This document shows positions 24,655-36,699 of a stretch of DNA of 64,000 nt, in pieces. The translations under genes were made by a program, and so were the position numbers. The DNA comes from Felis catus (Eukaryota): assembly GCF_018350175.1 (NCBI RefSeq), contig NC_058369.1:7318001-7382000 (forward strand), written 5' to 3'. Within the stretch, counting starts at the first letter, position 1. Each line of letters opens with the position of its first letter. The notes beneath the pieces were generated by a model. That model saw only the letters and a program-made list of their open reading frames with translations. It searched no databases and was not told the DNA's origin.

Positions 24655-27600
24655 AATATGGCGGAGGAGGGAATTCCAGGGCTCCTTCCCACCAGAAAAC
24701 CAACAAGCTTACAAAAACTATCAAAATAAACTATCACAGCAGTTTGAAATCTAGTAAAAAATGTACATTCACAAAGGGAGCACTGATGGAAGAAGCAGCT
24801 ATAATTCAGCTCATCAAGAAGGGCGCCTGGGTGGCTCAGTTGGTTGAGCATCTGACTTCGGCTCAGGTCATGATATCATGGTTTGTTGGTTCAAGCCCAG
24901 CATCGGGCTCTGTGCTGACAGCTCAGAGCCTGGAGTCTGTTTCAGATTCTGTGTCTCCTTCTCCCTCTGCCCTTCCCCTGTGCTCGCTCTCTCTCTCTCT
25001 CTCAAAAATAAACAAATGTTAAAAAAATAAAAAATAAATTCATCAAGTGAGTGCTGAGGCATTTTAATTACCCACCTACCATCCCCACTCTTCCAATCAG
25101 CTCCAGCCGTGTAGACAACAGGATGCATCCTTGAGCAAGTTGCGAGGGATCAAAGGAGCGCTATGGACCTTGTTCTCAAAGAGGAACCACTGGGTGCTTC
25201 GATCTTTCTGGCAGCTTCCTAGAGTATCACCGCCGCAAGGGTGTGGCATTGTATCACCCAACTCAGAGAGTTCCAGGAACAAGGCAGCATCTCAGACAAC
25301 TTTTTTTTTAATTTTTTAAAATTTTTATTCATTTTTGAAAAACAGAGACAGAGCACAAGCAGGGATGGGCAGGAGAGAAAAGGGGACACAGAATTAGAAG
25401 CAGGCTCCAGGCTCTGAGCTGTCAGCACAGAGCCCAATGCGGGGCTCGAACCCACGAACCATGAGATCATGACCTGAGCCAAGGTCGGATGCTCAACCAA
25501 CTGTGCCACTCAGGCGCTACTCAGACAACTTCTGATGAAGATGTCTAGAGCCAAAATATTGCCTAGAGCAGCCCGAGGAAAGGGAGAGCATTTGGGATAA
25601 ACAAAACATAGCCTGAAAGGCCTTAGAAGGCACAGACCGGAAATGTTGATATGTGCGTGAATAGGGGCTTTATTTTATTATTTTCTTAATGTTTATTTTG
25701 AAGGAGAGAGAGCACAGCAGGGGAGGGGCAGAGAGAGAGGGACACAGAATCTGAAGCAGGCTTCAGGCTCCAAGCTGTCAGCACAGAGCCTGATTCGGGT
25801 CTTGAACTCACAAACTGTGAGATCATGACCTAAGTCAGATGCTTAACCAACTGAGCCACCCACGTGCCCCTGAATAGGGCTTTAAAAGCTCGAGTGTTTA
25901 CCAGAGAATCAAGAAGTCCATAAGCACACCTGGGGCTGGATGCATGCTGGGAAAGGGTGAGAGGATCCAAAGAGGATCCAAAGATCAACCTCTGGCTGAT
26001 CGTCAGGATCCACTCCAGCAGGGACGGAAGACTAAGGAAGAGTTGTAGACGGCCTAGCTAAACACCAAAGGAGTGGCCCAACACACAGCCCATCAACAAA
26101 AACCAAAAGAACATTTTTAGTTTTCTTCTCTTGGCTCCGGGCATTTAAGGAATTTCTGTCACTCTAGTTTAGTGACCACTAAATTAACAGAAGACAGATT
26201 TCAGAGACAGCACTGAAAAGAAATGCAGAACATACAAAAATAATTTATAAAAGCCACTAAGCAAACATCAACAATACACAACAAGCAGCAACAGCAAACC
26301 CTGGGAGAGGGGTGAATCAGATTTTCAAACAGCTGCATTATGATATCTAGAATTTATGTTCCTAGGGCTCCTGGGTGGCTCAGTCAGCTGAGCATCTGAC
26401 TCTTGATTTCGGCTCATGTCATGATCCCAGGGTTGTGGGATTGAGCCCCGTGTTGGGCTCTGTGCTGAGTGTGGAGCCTGCTTGGGATTTTCTCTTTCTT
26501 TCTCTTTCTCTCTCTCTTTCTCTTTCCCCCTGTGCCTCTCTCCCTTGCTCATTTACTCTCTCTAAAATTAAAAAAAAAAAAAAAATTGCTCCTAAAAGCC
26601 AAAGCACTGGACTTAGTAACAAACTTAAATCCATTTGTTTCAACACACCTAGCTAACAGAAACCATGGACAAAGAACTATAGGAAACTAGAAGAATTATG
26701 TTTCGCTAAAGAAATTATCAATAAGAGACAGAAACTAAAAAGAATCAAAAGACGGGCACCTGGGTGACTCAGTTGATGAAGTGTCGGACCTCAGCTTGGG
26801 TCATGATCTCAAAGTTCGTGGGTTCGAGCCCCATGATGGGCTCTGTGCTGACAGCTTGGAGCCTGGAGCCTGCTTTGGATTCTGTCTTCCTCTCTCTCTG
26901 CCCCTCCCCCACTCATACTTTGTCTCTCTTTCTCTCTCTCCTTCTCTCTCTCTCTCAAAAATGAATAAATGTTAAAACAAATTCTTTTTTTTAAAGAACC
27001 AAAAGAACTAAAAAGTACAGGATCAAAAATGGGTGGTACAGGGGCACCCGGGTGGCCCAGCTGGTTAAGCACCCAGCTTCAACCCAGGTCATGATCTCAT
27101 GGTTCCTGAGTTCGAGCCCCGCGTCAGGCTCTGTGCTGACAGCTCAGAGCCTGGAGCCTGCTTTGGATTCTGTCTCCCTTTCTCTCTCTCTGCCCCTCCC
27201 CCTTTTGTGTGCGCTCTTGCTTGCAAACTCTTTCTCTAAAATAAATAACTCAAAAAAAAAAAAAAAAAAAGGTGGTACAGGCAAAAGGATAGACATAAAC
27301 ATGAATCCAGAAAAAGAAAAAACAAAAAACATACTCTCAACAGTGTGCCAGGACAATTTAATGGGGGAAAGAATAGTCTCTTCAACACCTAGTGCTAGGA
27401 TACCTGGATAGCTCTATGCAGAAGAATCAAAGCAGACCCCTGATTCAGACCATATACACAAATTCACTCAAAATGGATCAAAAATCTGGGGCGCCTGGGT
27501 GGCTCAGCCGGTTTAGCGTCTGACTTCAGCTCAGGTCATGATCTCTCGGTCTGTGAACTCCAGCCCCACGTTGGGCTCCGTGCTGACAGCTCAGAGCCTG

Positions 27601-28428
27601 GCGTCTGCTTTGGATTGTGTCTCACCACCCCCTGCCCCTCCCCCACTAGTGCTCTGTCTCACTCTGTCTCTCAAAAATAAATAAATGTAAAAAAAAATTT
27701 TTAATAAAAAAAAAATAAAGTAAAAATGGACCAAAAACCTAATGTAAAGGCTAAAACTATTTTAAAAATCGTAGAAGAAAGCAAGGCGGTAAATCTTTAG
27801 AACCTTGGATCTGACAGTGTCTAATCTTTGTAAGATATGAAAAAGCACCAAAGAAAACAAAGATAAATGGGACCCCACCAAATTAAAACTGTTGTGCATC
27901 AAAAAACACTATCAAAAAGAACACAACGATATCCCCAAAATGGAGAAAAAACATGCAAATCATACATGTGCTTTGGGCCCGCTATGAGAGGCCAGAAAGA
28001 ACTCCTGCACGTCAACAACAATAAACAACACAGGGTAAAAAAGGGGCAAAGAACTTGAATCAGCATTTCTCCAAAGACACAGAAATGGTCAACAAGCACA
28101 GGATAAGACGTTCAACATCATTTGTTTTAGGGAAATGCACATCAAAACCACGGTAAGACACCACTGCATACTCTAGGATGGTTACTATTAAAACAAAAAA
28201 AGAAGATGGGGCACCCGGGTGGCTCAGTCGGCTAAGCATCCGACTCTTGATTTCAGCTCAGGTCATGATCTTACGGCTCATGAGTTTGAGCCCCAGGTGG
28301 GGCTCTGTGCTGACAGCGCAGAGCCTGCCTGGGATTCTCTCTCTCCCTCACTTTCTGCCCCTCCCCAGCTCGTGCACGTGCACTCTCTCTCTCTTTCTCA
28401 AAATAAGTAAATTTTTTTAATGTTTATT

Positions 28429-28477
<49 letters not shown>

Positions 28478-29110
28478 AAGATATAGAGTATGAGTGGGGG
28501 AGGGGCAGAGAGTGAGGGAGACCCAGAATCCGAAGCAGGTTCCAGTCTCCTAGCTGTCAGCACAGAGCCTGATGTGGGGCTAGAACTCATGAGCTGTGAG
28601 ATCATGACCTGAGCTGAAGTCGCATGCTTAACTGGCTGAGCCACCCAGGTGCCCCAAAATGAGTAAAAGTTTTAAAAAGATTTAAAAAACAGAAAAGAAA
28701 AAAAGGAAATAAGTGATGATAGCAAGAATGTGGAGTAACTTCCACACTGTCCGAGGGAATATAGTACGGTACAGCCTCTATATAAAATAGTTCGGTAATT
28801 CTTAACAAGTTAAACATAAAAGGACCATATGCCCCCGCACATTGCCATGAAATTGAATTCTGTATGATTTTACTAGATATGTACGGAATAGGTACACCTG
28901 TAAATAGAAAGTAGATTAGTGGTTGCAGGGGCTGGGGGTAGGGCTGAACGGAGGCTGCCTGCTGATTGGTTACAGGGTTTCCTTTTTAAGCGAAAGTATT
29001 TCGGAACTAAAAAGAGCTGGTGGTTGCACACCACTGTGAATGTACTCAGTACCGATAAATCACACTCACCAAAATGGTTCATTTGTGTATTTTATCCAAA
29101 CAGAAAAAAA
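24655..29110 (+). mobile_element. Old, internally deleted L1M element in a KRAB-gene intron (antisense to the gene), with ~9 SINEs
   Basis: aaatatggcgg 5' end, ORF2 3' fragments at 27.3-28.8 kb, and an L1MB-type 3' UTR (agtagattagtggttgc...ggtggttgcacaccactgtgaatgtac). Confidence 0.72.
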
Positions 29111-29597
29111 ACATATGGCACATACTTGTATCTAAATATGAGTGGAACAAGACAAAAAGGTTGAAAAAAGGGAACTTGGGACTACACAGAGGGCAGTGTG
29201 TTAGAGAAGTCTGGCAATCATAAGAGTATGGGGTCGAAACTGCAGGCAATTTACAAAGCTTAATACTCAGGAAAACTAAGGCTGACGGTAAACAAAAAAC
29301 ACTGAGAGAGTCAGGAAACAAAATAGAAAGTACTGTAAAAAGACCTATCTGCAAGTAATCAAATTTTCAAATGAGCCAGACAGGTCTTTCTGAGAGAACA
29401 GAAGAAGGTTGACATCAATGGAAATTTAAAGGTAAAGGGAGTTAAAGGTTCCTGAGCAAACTCAGAAACGAAGTGGCTTCGTTCAGCCTTCTCTGAAAAA
29501 GGGTAGACCTCCGAAAGCTTGCCAAGTGGCATTTCCAAATGGACCGTGCCTTTCCTAGACTGGCATCGCTCTGCACAAAACCGTATCATGAACTTAC

Positions 29598-29681
29598 CCT
29601 GCAGAACTCCTCTCCCTCCTGTCCTCAGCAATTCTGCTCCTTCCAATGCAGAGCTGGGATCAGGTTTGCATGATTTGTATC
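29598..29681 (-). CDS. KRAB-B-like exon
   Basis: 84-nt phase 1-1 exon, gcag|...CAGG|GTAAGT. Translates GYKSCKPDPSSALEGAELLRTGGRGVLQ, matching the G..KP....LE....RT..RGVLQ pattern of this KRAB subfamily. Confidence 0.85.
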
Positions 29682-30185
29682 CTGCTTAAGGGAAAAATAC
29701 ATAAAGAGAACCCTGAAAGACACGAAATGCAGGTCTTTGGATAGGAACCAACATTTTAGCCTTCACGGTTTCTGAAGATGGTGAAGTCTCACTTTATAAA
29801 CTGCAAAATCATCACATGAAATTTTAAATCAATGCAATAAAACTATTCTAAAAGGAACAAAAATTGAAGTACAGGGACGTCTGGGTGGCTCAGTCGGTTA
29901 AGCATCCGACTTCAGCTCAGGTCATGATCTCACAGTCCATGAGTTCGAGCCCCATATCAGGCTCTGTGGTGACAGCTCAGAGCCTGGAGCCTGCTTCAGA
30001 TTCTGTGTCTCCCTCTCTCTCTGCCCCTTCCCTGCTCATGCTCTGTCTCTGTCTCAAAAATAAATAAAAACATTAAAAAACATTAAAAAAATCGAAGTAC
30101 ATTCTTTGTGCCCTCAAAAGACTAGAGAACTTTAAGACCTGAAAATCACATCCGGCCTCATACACATCTTAAGTCTTAAAGTTTT

Positions 30186-30776
30186 GCAAAACTAAAAGGC
30201 AACCGACAGAATGGGAGAAGATATTTGCAAACGACATATCAGATAAAGGGTTAGTATCCAAAATCTATAAAGAACTTCTCAAACTCAACACCCAAAAAAC
30301 AACTAATCCAGTGAAGAAATGGGCAAAAGACATGAATAGACACTTCTCCAAAGAAGACATCCAGATGGCCAACAGATACATGAAAAGATGCTCAACATCA
30401 CTCATCATCAGGGAAATACAAATCAAAACCACAATGAGATACCACCTCACACCCATCAGAATTGCTAACATTAACAACTCAGGCAACAACAGATGTTGGT
30501 GAGGGTGCAAAGAGAAAGGATCTCTTTTGCACTGCTGGTGAGAATGCAAGCTGGTGCAGCCACTCTGGAAAACAGTCTGGAGGTTCCTCAAAAAATGAAA
30601 AATAGAACTACCCTATGACCCAGCAATTGCACTACTAGGCATTTATCCACCGGATACAGGTGTGCTGTTTCGAAGGGGCACATGCACCCCAGTGTTTATA
30701 GCAGCACTATCAACAATAGCCAAAGTATGGAAAGAGCCCAAATGTCCATCAACAGATGAATGGATAAAGAAGATGT

Positions 30777-30860
<84 letters not shown>

Positions 30861-31504
30861 GGAGTCTTACTCGGCAATCAAAAAGAATGAAATCTTGCTA
30901 TTTGCAACTACTTAGATGGAACTGGAGGGTATTATGCTAAGTGAAATTAGTCAGAAAAAGATAAATATCATAGGACTTCACTCATATGAGGACTTTAAGA
31001 GACAAAACAGATGAACATAAGGGAAGGGAAACAAAAATAATATAAAAACAGGGAGGGGACAAAACAGAACAGACTCATAAATATGGAGAACAAACAGAGG
31101 GTTACTGGAGGGGGTGTGGGGGGGTGATGAGCTAAATGGGTCAGGGGCACTAAGGAATCTACTCCTGAAATCACTGTTGCACTATATGCTAACTAATTTG
31201 GATGTAAATTAAAAAAAAAAATTAAATAAAAAAAAAAAAACAAACAAACTAGGGGGGAAAAACAGAGGCAAATCAAGAAGCAGACTCTTAATTATAGGGA
31301 ACAAACTGATGATTACCTGAGGGGAGGGGAGTAGGAGGGTTGGGTTAAATAGGTGATGGGGATTAAGGAGTACACTTGTTGTAATGAGCATGGGGTACTA
31401 TGCGGAAATGCTGAATCACTATATTGTATACCTGAAACTAACACTGTATGTTAACTATAATGAAATTAAAATAAAAACTGAAAAAAAAGTAATAAAATAA
31501 AGTA
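30186..31504 (+). mobile_element. 5'-truncated young felid L1 (30186-~31240) plus a second L1 3'-UTR piece
   Basis: ORF2 C-terminus ([51 protein letters not shown]), 3' UTR and A tail. Flanked by aagtcttaa(a/g)gtttt. Confidence 0.9.
30780..30858. repeat. (TA)n(CA)n compound microsatellite within L1
   Basis: Directly visible. Confidence 0.95.
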
Positions 31505-31842
31505 AAGTCTTAAGGTTTTAATGGGGTGCCTGGGTGGCTCAGTCGATTAAGCATCCAACTTCGGCTCAGGTCATGATCTCACGGTTTGTGAATTCGAGCC
31601 CCGTGTCAGGCTCAGAGCCTGGAGTCTTCTTTGGAGTCTGGGTCTCCCTCTCTCTGCTCCTCCCCCGTTCACGCTCTGTCTCTGTCTCTCAAAAATGAAT
31701 GTTAATAAAAAAAAATTTTTTTTAAGTCTTAAGGTTTTCAGTCCCTAAAAGAGTATCATTTATCTAGACAGATCTTCATTTGCACAGGGAATCCTCCAGA
31801 GAGTGAGGCCCCTGAGGCCAGGGATTATGTCTGTCTTGTTTA

Positions 31843-32049
<207 letters not shown>

Positions 32050-32688
32050 CTAAACCGTCAGACACATGCTGCCTTCAGCGAACTAGCATCTTCTTTGAGG
32101 TTCTCAGAAAGATGAAGGACTGAGGAAGGTAGACCAGAAGCCTACAGCACTCTCGGGCCCAGACCTCGTCTGCTCTCCAGCTATAGACGTGCCTGGTGAT
32201 CACAGCCAGTCATGTGGATTTACCGGCATGTCTGACATGTGATGAAACTTATGTTACCACAACTTTATTGTGGGCGCTTCTTGCTTTATTTTCCTCCTCT
32301 ATTTATAGGCTGCGGTTAGCACTGAGCACACTGTAACACTCTGTAAAATCTACTAAGAGATGAATTATTTCCACAGTAACACATGCATTCCATGAGATTA
32401 GACACCTTCATATCATTCCTCAGTATCTATCATAACACTCAGCGGAATGGTAAGCCAACAAGCATGACCAAGCATCAGAAAGAATTAATGAATACGGAGA
32501 TAAAAGAATCACATCCAGTATAATCCCTATGTATTCTGAGATGGCATGAGTCCTGGAGACATTTACCTGGGACTCATTCCTTAAGCAGGGCCATTAATTG
32601 CTATAAAAAGCCTGGGGACATTACAAGAAGATATGGCTACCACAGAGAGAAACAGGACATTCTGAAGAAAGGTCAACTTTCTACTTAC

Positions 32689-32721
32689 CTGAGAAGAATC
32701 CATCAGTAACCCAGCCACCAT
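32689..32721 (-). CDS. KRAB-ZNF coding exon with start codon (MVAGLLMDSSQ); whole exon 32689-32779
   Basis: ATG at 32721 in strong Kozak context AGGATGG. Donor CAG|GTAAGT, phase 0, in frame with the KRAB-A exon. Resembles the recalled N-terminus of human ZNF559 (MVAGWLTNYSQ). Confidence 0.75.
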
Positions 32722-33456
32722 CCTTGCCTCTTCGAGTTTCCTTTCCTCTAAAGACAGAAAAGGTCCCAAGAAAGATGACCTCAGAGAGAAGGCCATGAGC
32801 TCTGAAGCCAATCCAATTCCAATAACCACATGCCTACGAACGGTCCACACCATGCACAGAACACACACCAAACACGCTAATTCCATATGACTGAGTTACG
32901 TGGAGCAAGACGATGGTTTTCTGGATCTTGCTACCCACGAGATACAGGTTAAAAATTCCATCTTACGGGCACCTGGGTGGCTCAGTCAGTTGAGCATCCA
33001 ACTCTTGATTTCGGCTCAGGTCATGATCTCACAGTTAGGAGATCGAGCCTCGGGTCAGGCTCCACGCAGTCTGCTTGGGATATTCTCATTCTCTCTCTCT
33101 TTCCCTGCCCTTGCCCCGCACGTGCACATGGGTGCTCTCTCTCTCAAAATAAATAAACATTTTTTTTAATTCCATCTTGAGTTATGCAAATTACAGTGAG
33201 GCAGAGCTGTTTGACACAACAGAATTCGTGAATATGTTACCCCCTGAAAAAGCACACACACACGCGCGCGCGCACACACACACACACCTTCCTGCATCTC
33301 AAATCCCAGAAACCTGACTTACACACACTCTGCTCATTTCAGTCACGCTTATATGGTCCACCGCATGATCACTCAGCCCCGAGTGCTGGCTCTGCCATTT
33401 GGGAAGGAACTACATGAAGCAAACAAATTTGGAAAGAAGCATCAGCAAGGACTCAC

Positions 33457-33678
33457 CACCCACCTGATTCACATCAAGGGCTGCCATCCTGTGAATCTGA
33501 TAGAGTTTCCAGAATATTCCATCTCTTGCTCAGACCACTTCAGAGGAGCTTTTGAGTTTAAGACGTTGATCTCAATTTCTCTTCATACACTGGAGTACCT
33601 GGCTAACTGGTTCACAACATCCATCATTAAACATCAGACATTTTTCCTCAATCATCAACCATCACTCTTTAGCCATAT
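33457..33678 (-). other. Probable exon 2 of the KRAB-ZNF gene (5' UTR with an upstream ATG, MAALDVNQVG)
   Basis: Acceptor ttttcatctgcacag| and donor G|GTGAGT. The ATG at 33487 gives MAALDVNQ, resembling the recalled MAAxDLSHG start of ZNF426/ZNF561-type genes. Confidence 0.55.
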
Positions 33679-35944
33679 CTGTGCAGATGAAAACACGTGA
33701 CAGCCGTTAAAAACCGTCTAATACCCTATCATACAAATATTATCAACTGCTATTTACTATTATTAGTAGTTGTACATATATAATCTCCTTTCATTGTTAG
33801 AACAACACTCCAAATTGGGTGTAAATAACTACCATTTAATAATACTCCGTCCACACCCTCTGCTGGGCATAATGGAGATGAGAAATACAAAAGTTTTTAT
33901 GCAATCAGAAGTCCCTCTGAGTACCCACTGCTGGAGCTTGGCTGGATTTGGAACCTTCACCTCCTTCTGTCTCTTACTGCTTCATGCAGTCAGCTAATAT
34001 TCAGTAAGGACCTTCTTTAAGCGAGGCCAGGTATGAGGCAATGAGGAGGGAACAGTTCTTGGGGATCTCACAATTAAATGGGGCAATGGAGGTAATAAAC
34101 AGATGGACATCCGAAACTGAATATTGTGATTTTAGAAAAACTCGAAAGACATTTCTAATGTTAGCCACTCCAACAGTGTCGGAAACACATCGTTGTTTTT
34201 ATGTCGAAACTGAAGGCTTTCCATATTTTCTCACAATTAACCAAAGACTAGTACACAAAAATATTGTGCATCTTTTTGCCTTTTCATATTGCTGTTCAGT
34301 TCTACTTTTCTCCATTAAGTATTGGTTTTATTTTTATTCACCCTTTCAGTACATTTTCTTCTTCTCCCTCTCCTCCTCCTCCTCCTCCTCCTCCTCCTTC
34401 TTTTTGAGAGAGAGAGGGGACAGAAGCAGGGCTTACCCTGCTGGGGCTCGTGCTCACCTGAAATGGGGCTCAAGCTCAACGGATGTGCAAACTCACGAAC
34501 CGTGAGATCCTGACCTGAGCTGAAGTCTGATGCTTAACCAACGGAGTCACCCAGGCTCCCAGTATATTTTCTTCTACTTCTATATTCCTTGCTCAACTTT
34601 ATCAAGCAGCGCCCTTAGTTCCATTTCTTAAACTTCTTTTATGGAATTACAGCATACATATGACTAAGGGAGGCAATCATGAATAAAAATGTCAATGAAG
34701 TATTCAGAAATGAACAGCCCCATGTAACATCATTCCAGGTTGAGAAATAGAATATTTCCATAACCAGCATCTCAGACATATTCCTTGTCTCTTTTCCAAG
34801 TCTCTAACTCCACGCTTCCCAACTGCAACCACTATCCTGACAGTTAACACTCGGCAGCGTACTGCCTATTTTTGAATTTTTATTTAATTTTTTTTAATGC
34901 GTATTTATTTTTGAGAAAGAGAGAGAGACGGAGGGAGGGGCAGAGAAGAGGCAGAGACAGAGAATGCCAGGCAGGCTCTGAGCTGTCAGCACAGAGCCCA
35001 ACGTGGCGCTCAATCTCACAAACCATGAGATCATGACCTGAGCCAAAATCAAGAGTCAGGCGCTTGACTGACTGAGCCACTCAGGCACCCCATTTTTTTT
35101 CTAACTTTTTAAATGTTTATTTACTTTTGAGAGAGAGAATTTTAAAGAAAAGGTATCTAACAGCCTGCAATCTTTTGCGTCTGGCTTCTTTCATCGGACA
35201 TTGCTTGTGAGCTTCATCCAAGGGGTTACCTCTGCGTTCCTTCTCTTTGCTCATTTTGAGTATGCCACAAAAAATACACGCCACAAGTCATCGGCTCATC
35301 CCTTGATCCACTTTCAGTTACTTCCAAGCGAGGGATATTTCAAATAATGATGTTACATATAGTGTTTATGTTCAATTGGTGGCCACGTGTGTGCATCACT
35401 GGTGTCACCACCAGATCATATTTAGTTGATATACTTTAAAAATGTGTTTCCACTAGCAGTCTACGAACATCTCAACCAATACCGGGCACTGTTTTTCCCT
35501 TTTCAGTTTTACTTTTAGCCATTCAGTGTGTGCAGTAGTATCACACTGCGGTTTTTATTTGCAAATCCCTGGTTGCTAATGACATCGAGCACCTCTTTAT
35601 ATATTCGTTGCCCATCTGTTTTTGTCTTTGTTTTTAATGGAAGGGCCTATGCAAACCTCTTGTTCATTTCTCACTTCGGGTATTAATTTACAGGAGTTTT
35701 TACATAACTCCTTTGTTGTTACATGGGAGGCAATTAATCCGATGCTAAAGATCAAATATGCCTGCAACTTATTTCCACCTCCTTACTTTCAAAGAGGTTA
35801 CCACAAACATTTAACTCTACACACGGAGAGAGATGTAGAGAAGGTACACTACCCATGCTAAATACTAACAACTGGTCAATGTACAGCAAGGTAACACCTG
35901 AACAATTCATCACATTTCAGTAACGGGTGGCCACAGCCAGAGCA

Positions 35945-36625
35945 TTTCCGTCCAGTCCCCACCGGAACGCACCGCAATCGCCACGTCGGAGAGAAGGGGG
36001 CGCTGCGGCCGTTTTCCACAACCGCGTACACGTTTGTCCTCTGGAGAAAGGACACGGTTTGTTCTGGCAGCTTTCGCAGAGGGGCTCACAGCGGGCAGAG
36101 AGAAGGCCCTGCCTCCACCCGGGACCCCGAGCCGCGGCCCCGACGCCCACCCGCGCGGGCGGAGCCGACCGAGGCTCTGGGACGGACCCGGGCGGCCGCG
36201 GTCCCTGGGGCGCGGCGTACCCGCGATTCCCTGCCAGTCGCGGAAGCTCGAAACCTCCGCGGAGCCAACGCATTAGAAGCGGGGCGGAGCTCGAAGTGAG
36301 TCGGTTTCCGATTAGCACTTCCGCTTCCGGTTTCCGCCACGAGGTCAGCGTACGGGACGGGGCCTCAAGAGCAGAGGGGTTGGGTCCCGGGTGGCAGCCG
36401 CTGCTTGCGGATGTCTGGGGAGCGGGCTGGAGCTGGGTCCCGAGCTGGCTGTCGCACCCACCACGTCCGAGGCGCAACGCTGGGATGTCCGAGGGCAGGG
36501 GACCGAGTTAGAAGCGGCACGGACACGGTGGGCGGGGTTTGCCCCCAGTTCCGGGCCACGGAAGCTCTTGAAATGCTCTCTTCTTCAAGACTTTCTCCTT
36601 GTTGGTTCAGCCCCAGGCGGCGCTC
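35945..36625 (-). promoter_or_regulatory. CpG-island promoter and probable non-coding exon 1 of the KRAB-ZNF gene
   Basis: Very GC/CpG-rich stretch in otherwise CpG-depleted DNA. Tandem ETS/GABP-type sites (CACTTCCGCTTCCG 36316-36329) and a GC box (GGGGCGGAG ~36281). Minus-strand donor CGCGG|GTACGC with GT at 36220-36219. Lies directly upstream of the minus-strand KRAB exons. Confidence 0.85.
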
Positions 36626-36699
36626 TGCATATTTATAAAGATGAGCCTGCTAGCCCGTAAAATGAGCTCCCAGCTCATCAGCCCTCTCTCTGACCTTCA

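Noticed and set aside
35917..36660. Overlapping 186- and 194-aa ORFs on both strands
   Set aside because: Stop-poor GC-rich CpG island. Low-complexity R/G/P/A products with no recognisable domain.
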